A stretch of DNA of 64,000 nucleotides from Neocallimastix sp. 'constans' (Eukaryota): positions 248,001 to 312,000 of the forward strand of contig JBODTK010000153.1 in assembly GCA_050613775.1 (NCBI GenBank), given 5' to 3'. Under the pieces are notes generated by a model, which was given only the letters and a program-made list of their open reading frames with translations, was not told the DNA's origin and did no database searches. Of this stretch, positions 1 through 11,683 are shown piece by piece. Every line of letters begins with the position of its first letter. Within the stretch, counting starts at the first letter, position 1. The position numbers and the translations under genes were made by a program.

Positions 1-204
1 AGATAAATAATAAATAACAATAAATAACATAAATAAAAATAACTAAAATAAGTGTAAAATAAAATTTAGTGTTTTATCTATTGTTAATATTCCTTCAAAA
101 AAAAAAAAAAGATAAACAGAAAAATTATAATAATTTTTTATTTAGTTTCGTCGATAACGTTCACCCTTTTTAGATATATATTATTATCCCATCCAATCTC
201 AGAA

Positions 205-957
205 CTAAGCTAATCTTTCCATATTGTACCCACAAGTGGACATTAATAGGTATATATTTTTTTCTTTATCTTTTTTCTTACTAATTAAGGGTTGAATCAT
301 TATCGAGGGATGTATTTTACTTGTCACAGTCACTTGCATAAGAATTGAATTTGTTCCCAATTCTTTTTCTTTCTTCTTTCGAAGAGCTAGTGTAAGTATA
401 GGACAAGAATTATCTTTAAGACTATTATGAATTCTCTTTACTTGGTTAGCTTCGTGATCTTTACTAATATTAGCACATTTTCTTTTGATTGTAGCAACCA
501 AATAGTCATTTTCATCTAGAAGTAATTCATTATCCTTTATATCATTGATATTTTTTTCTTCAATATCATCCTCAAATAATTCTTTAATTACTTCTTCGTT
601 TTCTGTTTCTTCTTATTCGTTATCATTAATCGAGGATTGTTGATATTCAACGGAAGCTATTTTATTGACAATGGGAGTGCTTCTTCTCCCTCTTAATGAT
701 TTAAACCGTTTATTATCAAAGTATTCATTAATATTCTTTATAATAATAGCATTTAATTCTGAACATTCGGATTGGTAATGACCTTCTTCTCTACAGAAGA
801 AACAGGTATTAATGTCAAGTCTCTCCTTACTCAGTTTTTCTATGTCCTTTAATTCTTTCTTTAGTTACCTAAAACTAATTGTACGACTACTATTTATAAC
901 AATTAGACTTGGAATAGAAGAATTTAAAGAACTTGAAGGAGAGGATTCTAAATTCAT
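205..957 (-). pseudogene. Degenerate Ty3/Gypsy gag and pol N-terminus remnant
   Basis: Minus strand gives the zinc knuckle CFFCREEGHYQSEC (~760-805). The ORF 205..501 (IKRK...KRIHNSLKDNSCPILTLALRK...IHPSIMIQP) parallels the N-terminus of the 15524..18226 pol (IKRK...KRVHRSLRDDPKPIVTPSLRK...LHPSIMAQP). Internal stops are present. Confidence 0.8.
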
Positions 958-2423
958 ATTAACAAATATTAAAGTAATATTATAAAATTGAGAACAATTT
1001 TATTTTAACGTTATGAAAATATAAACAAAGGAATTTATATTAATTAATTTTTAGTAATCATTAAAATATAATAATGTTTGTAGTATAAACTAGCGTCTTC
1101 AATGATCACCGAATATACATTAATGATATAAACCAGTGATGCACAGGCCCCTAAATATATCTAAGAATAGAATATAGATACAAACTAGTTTCTTAACCAA
1201 CCCTTAACTATATCTAAGAATAGTAGAATATAGATTTTCTTTCTTTCTTGTAATTATGATATATTGTATCAAAATTATTATGGTTCGGGGTAATATTATA
1301 TTTTTATTTATTTATTTATTTAATTTATTAAGTCTATATTTTAATTATTGAAAAACTTCATCTATTTATTCATTTTGAAAGAAAATAAATAAGTAAAGCC
1401 TTTCTACATTTACTATCATATCTTTTAGAAAAAATTATCAACTATTATTAATTGTTAAAAATCTATAATAAAACATAATGTGCTTAATTTTATTTACTAT
1501 AATTTTAACATTAATTATTCCAAATTTTATATTGAATTAAATTAACTAAATCATAATTATTTAACTTTAATAAATATTTGTTATATAATTTTATATTATT
1601 TTTTATATACTAAAACTAAATTATTTAATATATATGAAAAGAAATAAACAAAATATAAAAAGATTTTACAGAAAAATTAAGTTATTTTAATCTTGAAAAT
1701 TAATATATTCTTAGATTGTATATAAAATAAATTTAATGAATATATTTAATAATTATTATTAATTCTGCTTTGATTTTGTTTATAGAGAATTGAATAAAAA
1801 TTTTTATAAAAAATAATCAATTAAAAATAAAATACTATATTAAAACGAATAGAATTTTAATATTGATTAATATAATAATATAGTAATAATATATTTAAAA
1901 ATAAAAATAAAATAAAATATTAATATTGATAATAAACATTTTAATAAAATAAAATAAAAAGTTATATTATAAATAAATTAATTATAAAAATACAGAATTA
2001 TTGATACTATTTTAGCAACTTTTTAATAAAAATATAAAGAAGAAAATTATATTTACAAAATATTTATTATAGAAAATAAAATGAAGTAAATATTAAATAA
2101 AGAACAATATAATGAATTTTAAAATAAGTTGAAATTCTGGTTAAGAATCCATTATATGTTCGTTCTTTACCAGAATTGGTGCAACACAGGTAATTATCAA
2201 AATTTTAGTAATAATATATTCGATTATTTTTATATATCTTTATTAATTATTTTTATTTAGAAAAAAAAAAGAGTTTTAATTATATTATTTTCATAATTTT
2301 TTATATATTTAATGTTTTATTAATTTGATTTGTTAAAATAATAAAATATTTAATTTCATTGGTTTCAAATTTATATATATAATTATTATAAATAATTAAT
2401 ATGAATTATTACTAAAAATTAAT

Positions 2424-4050
2424 TGCGAAAAGTGCCAATTAAACCATCCGTAACCATATCCAGAACCAACTGAAAATCGTCCAACTAAAGTAGAAGGTCC
2501 CTTGTTCACTTAGGATTAGATATCATATGACCTTTGCCTAATACAAGAAAAAGCAATCAATATATTATTGCTATCGTCGATTATTTCACGAAATGGGTTG
2601 AAGCTGAACCCACTGAAAATATAACTTCCTATGATGTAATTAAATTTTTAATTAACGTTTTTGCAAGACATGGTGTTCCTCAAGTTATTACTACCGATAA
2701 TGGAGTCCAATTCACCTCTGACATGACGAAAATCTTTCTTGACCTTTACGACGTTTATGTAAAATTTGTAGCTACCTATCTCCCTGAATCCAATGGTCTT
2801 ACTGAAAACCGAAATAAAGAAATTGGAAAATTGCTCCGTTTATTAGCAAAGAAAAATCAAGATTGGGATGAAGTTCTGCCGTCTACTCTATAGGCTCTGA
2901 GAACAACTAAGAATACAACTACCGGCTATTCTAGTTGTAAAAGAAAATACTAAAATAGATTACAATAACAAGACACAATAAATTTTATTTTATTAAAAAA
3001 AAAATTTTTTTATTAAAAAGATATTTTATTAATATTTAATATTTATTAATAGTTATTTATTCAATAACAATTACATCGAGAAAAAATGTGAAAAGTATCT
3101 TCTATTTATACTTTTCCTAAATACATTGATAATATATTATTTTATTTAAATTACATATATTTTAATATAAAACTATCCTAATGAATTTTATTAAATAATA
3201 AATTTATAAACTATAACTAAATTTAGAAAAATATAATTATTAATTAAACTAAATACTAAATAATTAAAATTAAGTACATTTATTATCTATTTATTATTTT
3301 AATATTATAAGTAAAGTCTTTATTTATTTTCGATTTAAAAACAATGTTAAAGGAGTCATGATTAAATTTTGAAACTTAATTTTCACAAAATAAATTATTA
3401 ATTTATTTTGTTTTAAACTTTAATTAATTCATTTAAATTATTTTACAACAATAATTTTCTCAGAATTAAATTTTATAAAAATTATTACATTAAAAATTTA
3501 TCTTGTGGCTTAAAGAATATAATTCAAAAATTTAGTTCATATGATTTATTTACTTTGCTTATTATTTTATAAATCAAAGAATAATTTACATTTTTGAATT
3601 ACACAAGAAAAATTTTTAATTTAAAATGTGATTGGGATAATCACATCTTTACACTAGTTTTGAACTAGTATATGGAAGAGAAGATCAACAGCCTTATGAC
3701 ATAGCCGTAAGAACGATTGAAAAAGCTGGTAAATCTTATAACGAAATCCTTATGGAAAAATTTGTTCGACACTACAAATGGACTAGAGAAGCATGCGAAA
3801 ATGTAAAGAATGCCAACAAGTATTGGGCAACACGAAGAGAAGAACAAATAAGCATGAACAAGGGAAAAGAATTAAAAGTCAGTGATCTAGTCTTAGTTAG
3901 AAACTTTAGCGGTACTAAGTTAGAACCATATTATAATGGACATTCAAAATTTTAAAAATTCAATTCAACACAGCAACCCTAATCGATCAGAAGACTGGAA
4001 AGCAACTAGATAGGAATGTTCATTTTAAAAATTTAGTAAAGTTTAACTAG
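2424..4050 (+). pseudogene. Ty3/Gypsy integrase remnant, split by a solo LTR
   Basis: Motifs CEKCQ, VDYFTKWVEA, ITTDNGVQFTS and PESNGLTENRN (D,D35E core). Removing 2936..3658 rejoins TGYSSFELVYGRE. Stops and frameshifts are present. Confidence 0.9.
2936..3653. mobile_element. Solo LTR (718 bp)
   Basis: Termini TGTAAAAGA...TCTTTACA. The 5-bp TSD CTAGT lies at 2931-2935 and 3654-3658, and excision restores the integrase frame. Confidence 0.9.
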
Positions 4051-5023
4051 ACCTTTTTAGCCATTAATGAATTTTTAATTAAGAAAGATTATTCATCATA
4101 GTTGGTCTTGTTAAGACAGACTTCTTGTTTTAATTGAAATTCAGTAGACATTTTATAATACATAAGTAATTTTATTATTACTTAAAGTTTATTTATTAAT
4201 ATTAATTATTTAGAAATAGGTAATTACAAAGAAAAAAAATGTTTGACAAAATTAAACTTATTATAAATAAGTTTAATTTAATAATTGAGGCTTGATAATA
4301 ATTCAATGAAATTATTTTAACAATAACAAAATTGAAGGTGGTGCATTTCAGAATGTGGCTTTAAAAAATGTACATATTTTTTCATTTCGGAATATGGCTT
4401 ATATTATTCTTTATAAATTTTTATTTATAAATATATTATTTAAACATTAATATAAAATGGCACATAAAATTTCTTTGAAAAAATAATTATTAAAAATACT
4501 TAAAATGTGATATATTTCAAAAAAATTAATGATTTACAATATATTTAATTCGCCATATTCTGAAAATTTTTATTTATTTAGGGGGGGGTGTCATTTCGAA
4601 AATTTTTATTACATAAATTTGTATTTTGTTGTAGTGCATTTCGGAAAACATGGCGTATTATAATGTAATAAATAAATAAATGAATAAATAAATTATAAAT
4701 GAATAAATAAATTTTTAAATGATAATAAAAATAATTAAGACAAACGTATATTATGACTAAAAAAATTTTTTTTAGAAAATTAAATAAAAAAAAATATATA
4801 TATATATAATTACTACATATATAAAAAAATTATTATATTTTTTTTATTTTATTTTAAATATTATTAATTATTATTAATACATTAATAACTTGTTTATATT
4901 ATCAACAGAATTACATACGTAATTATATAATTGAATAATTTAAAAAAAAAATAAATATATAAATAGGTTTATAATTAGTATTTTTTATAATATTTTATTA
5001 AAGTATTAATTTTATAAATTAAA

Positions 5024-5473
5024 ATGCTTAAAAAATTATTAACTGCTTTATTAATTGCTATTGCATGCATTACTTATGTTTGTAGTATAAAATTGGTTGG
5101 GCCAGCTATATATTCAGATATATCTCATCTATATTTCCTTAATTCTAGAGATCGCAAAAATACATATATATGTAAAGGTTATTGTATTATAAAAAATAGT
5201 AATCGTGGATTTTATGACTGTTTCCTCCGTAATTCAGTAGCTAATTATAGAGAAATCCCTGTTGGAGCATATCTTAGAGATACACAATATAAAAATCCAG
5301 ATAAATGTAAATAGATTACTAGATATATAAGTACCAAAAATGGATGTTATTATACACCAAATAACACAAGAGGTGGATTTTCATGGAGAGGTTATGTTAA
5401 TCGTGATGCTCGTGTTTATGATATAGTTGGTAAATACTGTCTTACTGAATATGGTTGGTGTTGGCATGGTTAA
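5024..5473 (+). CDS. Small secreted Cys-rich protein; 149 codons with an in-frame TAG at 5312-5314 (nonsense allele or readthrough)
   Basis: Signal-peptide-like N-terminus MLKKLLTALLIAIACITYVCS. After the TAG the frame stays open for 52 codons (ITRYISTKNGCYYTPNNTRGGFSWRGYVNRDARVYDIVGKYCLTEYGWCWHG*), with higher GC than the flanks. Confidence 0.7.
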
Positions 5474-6387
5474 ATAAATAAAAAATAGATTTTTTATAGA
5501 TTAATTTTAAATTTATTATTAAACTAAATATTATTTTTTTAAAAATTAAGATAATATATAAATCATATAAATATATATAAGTTTAACATATATAAAAATA
5601 TTAAATAATAAAGTATATAGGTGAAATAAATATAAAATAAAATAAAATAAAAAAAAATATAATAATTATTTTATATATATAGGAATCATATCTTTTAATT
5701 TTTTTTTCATTTATTTTTCTAAAAAAAAAAATTAGTTATAATAACGTTTATCTTTTAATTATTATATTTTATTATAGTAAATAAAAAAATTTAAATGAAA
5801 AATAAATAGTTTTAATTATTTATAATTCATATTTTCATAAACGATATATATAAATATTAATTTAAATGATATAAGAATTAAAAATTAAAACAATAAGAGT
5901 TGAATAATTGATCCTATTAAAATAATTAATTATTTGCATAGTAATATTTATAAACATAAATCAATTATTATTGAAATATAATAATAACAATTAGAATTTT
6001 AATAAAATAATATAAATCTTTTATTGAATTTAATATTTTTAATAACATAATTAATTTTGAAAAGTATATTGATATTAATAAAATTTATAATAATATAATA
6101 TTGATATTGATATTAATAAAATCTTTAATTATATAATATTGATATTGATATTAATAAAATTTTAACTAGTATCAAATAAATCGGTTTTAGTTATAAATTA
6201 CTTAATAAAAATAACTAAAAGATAATTTCTATTAAGATTATTAAATAAACACAATAGGTAAATAAATTTGTATTTTTCTAGCATTTTTTTAAATTAAGAT
6301 TATTTAATTATTATTTAAACGATTATAAATATAAATTTAAAATAAATAAATTTGTATTTTTCTAGCATTTTTTTAAATTAAGATTAT

Positions 6388-7842
6388 TTATTTTAAATTA
6401 ATACTTATATCGTTTAAATCAATTAAACAATCTTTCCATAATTCATTTCTGTTGCATCCATTATAAAATAAATTTATTTCCTTAATTTTGTAATTTTCAA
6501 TTAAAATTTTAATTTCATTAGTTGCACTAAATATTTTTTGCTTTTTTTTCCAAGTTCCTTTAGTTCTCCTTTGGTAATCATTATAAAATAAGTTTTCTTC
6601 TTCTTTTAATATATATATTAATTTATAAAATAAAGGTTTATTTGGAAATATATTATTTAAGTAGCTATTATAAGATTCTGATGCATTGTTTGTTAAATAC
6701 TCTATATTTTCATAATAATTCCAATTATTAACATTATACTTAAGTAAATAATTTTTATTAAAATATTCTAAAAATTGTAGAAAATCATTATACTTTTTTT
6801 TTGACAAATTCTTTTTATTATAATATAAATATCAAATATATTGTTAGGGTTTATAAACGGTAAGTTCGAAATAGCTTTATAATAAATATATACATCATTA
6901 TTATTCTTCACTTCATAATAACATAATATATTTTTTTGTTTTTCTAATGATCTTTTGTAATGCCAAACGCAATATTTAATATTTATATTGGGAAAAACTT
7001 TTTTTGCGGCATTAGATATACCTTGTTCAAAATCACAATGAAAATTAATTGTAGTAATTAATGTATTACTCTTAAATTTATTTGCATTTTTTTTAATTTC
7101 TTTAAATAATGTTTCATATGTAGATTGTTTTTTATTTTTTAATATATGTAGATTGTTTTTTATTTTTTAATATAGAAATGGAAGTAGTGTAAAACATATT
7201 AAATTCCCCAACATAAGTTCTTGTTATAAATAACTGATAACTAAATTTCGGTGCTGCATAAAATGTACCGTCCGCAAATATATTTTTATGATAATTCGAA
7301 AATAAATATGCTTGGAATGGTGATTGAAAGATTATTAGATCAGTATTTTTAAATATCATAAAATTTTCATTTCTTTTTGTTTTATAATACTTTGATTCAA
7401 TGGGAATATCATCAAAACTTTTTATGTTTGGAGGAAATTGTTTATTTATATTTCTTATTATTTGGGATCTAATTGTACTATATTCGGGACATATAAGTCC
7501 CATTTCTTGAGAAAAGGCATTAAATATATGTTTAGGTTTTATATCCATAGGAATTGAATTTTTCTTAATTTCTTCCTTAATTTTATGCTTTGCTACTGAT
7601 ATAGACACATCAATTTCTTTTTCGAGATGGTTATGTAAACTTTCATATTTTAAAACCTCCTTTTTATCATTTAAAATAATTAAAGATTTACATTTATTTA
7701 AAGTCTTATATTCAGTCCATCTATAAATTTTTGATTTATCTTTCCTTTGAAATGAAAAATTAAATTTGTGTTTTTTATTAATAATAATTTGTTCATTTCT
7801 TCGATTTGTTTCACTTATTTCAATTTCTATATTGTCTTCCAT
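6388..7842 (-). pseudogene. MULE (Mutator-family) DDE transposase, frameshifted
   Basis: N-terminal Zn-finger-like YRxTEY..C..HNH, then FADGTFYAAP..YQLF, FHCDFEQG, YCVWHY and TNNASESYN. A ~28-bp tandem duplication near 7117-7173 breaks the frame. Confidence 0.9.
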
Positions 7843-8972
7843 TAATAATTAAAATTTTTCAATAAAATATTTTAATAAATATACTTTTAAATGCTTTGAA
7901 ACTTTTTTTTTTTTAATATTTAAAATAATAAACCTTTTTTTAATTAATTATATAATTATTTAAATAATTATTTAATTATTAATTATTTATTATTTTTTTA
8001 TTTACTATTTTATTTATTTATTTTTATTTTTATTTTTTATTTTTTATTTTATTTTATTTTATTTTTTTTATTTTTTAATGCTTAAAAAATAAATTTTTAC
8101 TTATTTTTTATTATTTTTTAATGTTTAAAAAAAAAGTTTTCTTATTATTTTTATTTTATTTTTTAATGTTTAAAAAAAAAAGTTTTCTTATTTCTTATTA
8201 TTTTTTTTTTATTTTTTAAGCATTAAAAAATAAAATGTTTATTTATTTTTATTTTATTTTTTAAGCATTAAAAAATAAAATTTTTATTTATTTTTATTTT
8301 ATTTTTCAATGTTAAAAAAAATAAAATTTTTATTTATTTTTATTTTATTTTTCAATGTTTAAAAAAAAGTTTCCTTATTTCTTATTTTTATTTTATTTTT
8401 CAATGTTTAAAAAAAAGTTTCCTTATTTCTTATTTTTATTTTATTTTTTAAGCATTAAAAAATAAAATGTTTATTTTTTTATTATTCAATGTTAAATAGA
8501 AATACCTAACCTAATTATTATTTATTGAAGTGTTGTATTTCGCCAAAAGTTGAATTTCGTCCAGTTGAATTTAGCCAAATTCTTGGTGGCTTATAAAATT
8601 TCGTCATAAAATACCACCACATTTATTATTCACGCCATATTGTGAATATATGGCTTTTTAAAAATTGTAGAAAAAAGCCACAAAATTATGATACAATTAG
8701 ATATACGCCCCCATGTAAGATTACGTGTTTGAAAATTTTTGAGAATTGTAATTTTATTTATTTAATTAATTAATTATTATTCATTAAAATTTTAATAAAA
8801 TTAAGTGGCTTAAAATTAAAAATATTTAAGCCATACAACAAAATACAAATTTTTGTAATAAAAATTTTCGAAATGCACACTCCCCATTTATTAATTAATT
8901 TATTCATTTATTTATTTAATAATAATATTTAATAAATTTTTTTTTTATACTATTTTATAACTATAAAGTTTG

Positions 8973-9215
8973 TGTTAAAATAAAGAAATAGATATTTTAA
9001 TATACACATGACATTACTTATATTAAATATAAATTAAATAAATAGTTATAATGAATATGTTAATAATATTATATATTAAAGAAAAGTATAAAAAGATGTA
9101 AATTGTACTAAATAAAAAATATCAATTATGAGCATAACTAATATAAAATAAAATATTACTAAAATAAAATACTTTGTTATGCATTAAAATTATTTTCCAT
9201 TTTTGTGTTTTAAAA
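8973..9215 (+). repeat. Copia 5' LTR
   Basis: Direct repeat of 26785-27027; starts TGTTAAAA and ends TTTTAAAA. Confidence 0.95.
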
Positions 9216-10458
9216 GATTAAGAGTCTCAACTCTCCAGTTGAGCATAAATAAAAGCTAAGTTTAAACATAACATCTATTATAAATATTTATTAATTATAT
9301 AAAAATACTAATTTTATATTTTACCTTTTAAATATATATTCCTATCTATATAATTAAAATAAAGAAACATCAAATAAAAATTCATATAACTACACAACAG
9401 TACAAAATAATTTGGTTAGTAAGGAGATCAATGAGGAATGTTATTAAATAAATATAAGTAAACTATTTAATTAAATTTAATTAATATTATAAATACCATG
9501 TCAACTGATATATTAATATTGAGATGAAAATAAATAACTAAAAAATCCACTAATAATAAATTATATAGTCAAGTTGAAAATTAATAAAATGTTAATAAAT
9601 TATTAAAAAAGAGAAAAGAAAATATATCTAGATGAAATTATTGAAGCAGTCATCAGATATATCTAAATATAAATTATTTATAAACTTAAATTAAGACAAA
9701 AAATTTCATAACTCATGTCATCTAATATTCATAAATATTAAATCAAAATATAATATAAATATTAGTCAACTGATCGCATTAAAAATAAAATATAAACAAT
9801 AATTTCAAATATATAATCAAGTTGAAAAAAAAAAAAAAAAAAAAAAAAAAATTAAAAATAATGTCAACTGACAATATATTAATAAACAAAAATAATATAA
9901 ACCAATGTCATCCAATATTTTATTTCAAGTTGAAATAATAAAAAAAAATATAATACCAGTAGTTTAAACTGTAAAAAAAATTATCATTTGATCTAAACAA
10001 TAAAAATAAATATCTTTTTAATATAAAATTATATTTATAAAAGTAAGTCATATTAAATAAAAGAATAATATCAATGCAAGTCAATAATAATCATATAAGT
10101 TATTTAAACCAAAATTAATACACTAAAATAGAAACCAATAAAACTATAAGTAATTAATTTATATAAATTAATTATAAATTAAACTAATAATACTAATAAT
10201 AGCAATAATATTTATGTTAGTTATAAATAAATTATTAAATTTAATCACACTATGAATACTAATTTACTTTTAATATAAACTATGAACATAAATGCAATAA
10301 CTTATTAAATAATAATATAATTTTTATTAAAAATTACTATAAATAAAGAAAACATTCCTCATTTTATTCTTATAATAACCAAATTATTTACTTATACTCA
10401 AATAATCAAAAATTTAACCAAACTAAATATTTAACAATAAAATTTAAATTATTTCAAA

Positions 10459-11241
10459 ATGAGAAGAAGAAACTCTAATAATCTACGTCAAAATTCAACT
10501 CAAAATCAAATCCAAAATCAATCTCAACCTCAACCTCAACCAATCGCTATTCACGACAATAATAATAATATTCGGAATACAATCACTTTTAATTACTCGG
10601 AAAACTTTAATAGACTTACCTAATTAAACACAGAAAATTATACAACATGGAGGAGGAATATGCTGTATCTCTTAAATATAAATAAACTAACTAAATATGT
10701 CCTTATTCCGATTATTAAAAAATTAAAAAAGAAAGATATAAAAGGAAATATTAATGAGTACATCGAAGACCAATTCGATGATACTTTCGTATATGAAAAA
10801 AATACAACCATAAACGATATTGATAATGATATTACGACAAAATGGATAATAATTAATAGCCTTGGTGAACAGACTCAATCAATTATTGAAGGAAACGAAA
10901 AGTCAGCCTATGAAATCTGGAAGCTCCTAAAATAATCGTTCACCAAGAGTAAGGAGCAAAGAAAAATCGAATTAACAAAGAAAATCGAAAATTTAAAATT
11001 TGACAATAAGGACATATCGATATTTATAGCAAATTTTCAAAATTTATTTAATGAAATAGCAAAAATTGATTCGGAAATTAGTGATAGTTCTAAAATAGGC
11101 ATATTAAATAGATGCCTACCAGAAAATTTAAGATGGATTAATGTATTTCAGTTTTCAACATGGAATGACTGCAGCAAGTATGTTAAAAGAGTCATTCCAG
11201 AAATTAATTTATCCAACATTAAAGAATCAATTATTTCCTCC
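10459..11241 (+). pseudogene. Copia gag, 5' part
   Basis: ATG at 10459. Reads LNTENYTTWRRNMLYLL, SAYEIWKLLK, KIGILNRCLPE with two premature stops. Ends KESIISS at the CCTCC TSD and continues in frame at 22582. Confidence 0.85.
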
Positions 11242-11683
11242 TGTAACTCGCTGGTCACTTATAGCAATAGGCAACATTGGAAAATTAATAATAAGTTAAA
11301 ATGTTTTTTAAAAAAAATTTTGTTTTATTAATTTATTAAAATAAAATTTATTAAAGTAATTATTTATTAATTAATTAACTAATTTTGTAATATATCAAAT
11401 TACTTATTATTAATTGATTAATTAATAAAAGCACGAATTAAAAATATTTCTTTTGTGAAAATTTACTCATATTTATACTTTTTACGGAAAAACAGTTTGT
11501 ATGATTTTCAAAAATTTTAGAATCTTAGAAAAATCGTTTAAAACTGATTTTCTCGGTTAATTTAGAAACTAATGGAAGAAAGGATAAAATAAAATAAAAA
11601 ATTCAATTTAATTATTAAGAATTTCTATGAAATTCTTAAAGAAAATACAGAAAAAATTAACTAGAACAATGAAAATAAAATAT

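Larger units (their letters stand above)
4581..8885 (-). mobile_element. Mutator-like (MULE) element or nest of MULE ends enclosing a transposase and a passenger gene
   Basis: A ~53-bp inverted repeat: 4581 GGGGGGGGTGTCATTTCGAAAATTTTTATTACATAAATTTGTATTTTGTTGTA versus the reverse complement of 8833-8885 GGGGAGTGTGCATTTCGAAAATTTTTATTACAAAAATTTGTATTTTGTTGTA. Flanks ATTTATTTA/ATTTATTAA match 8/9 but are low complexity. Extra TIR-like motifs occur at ~4336, 4631 and 8528. Confidence 0.7.
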
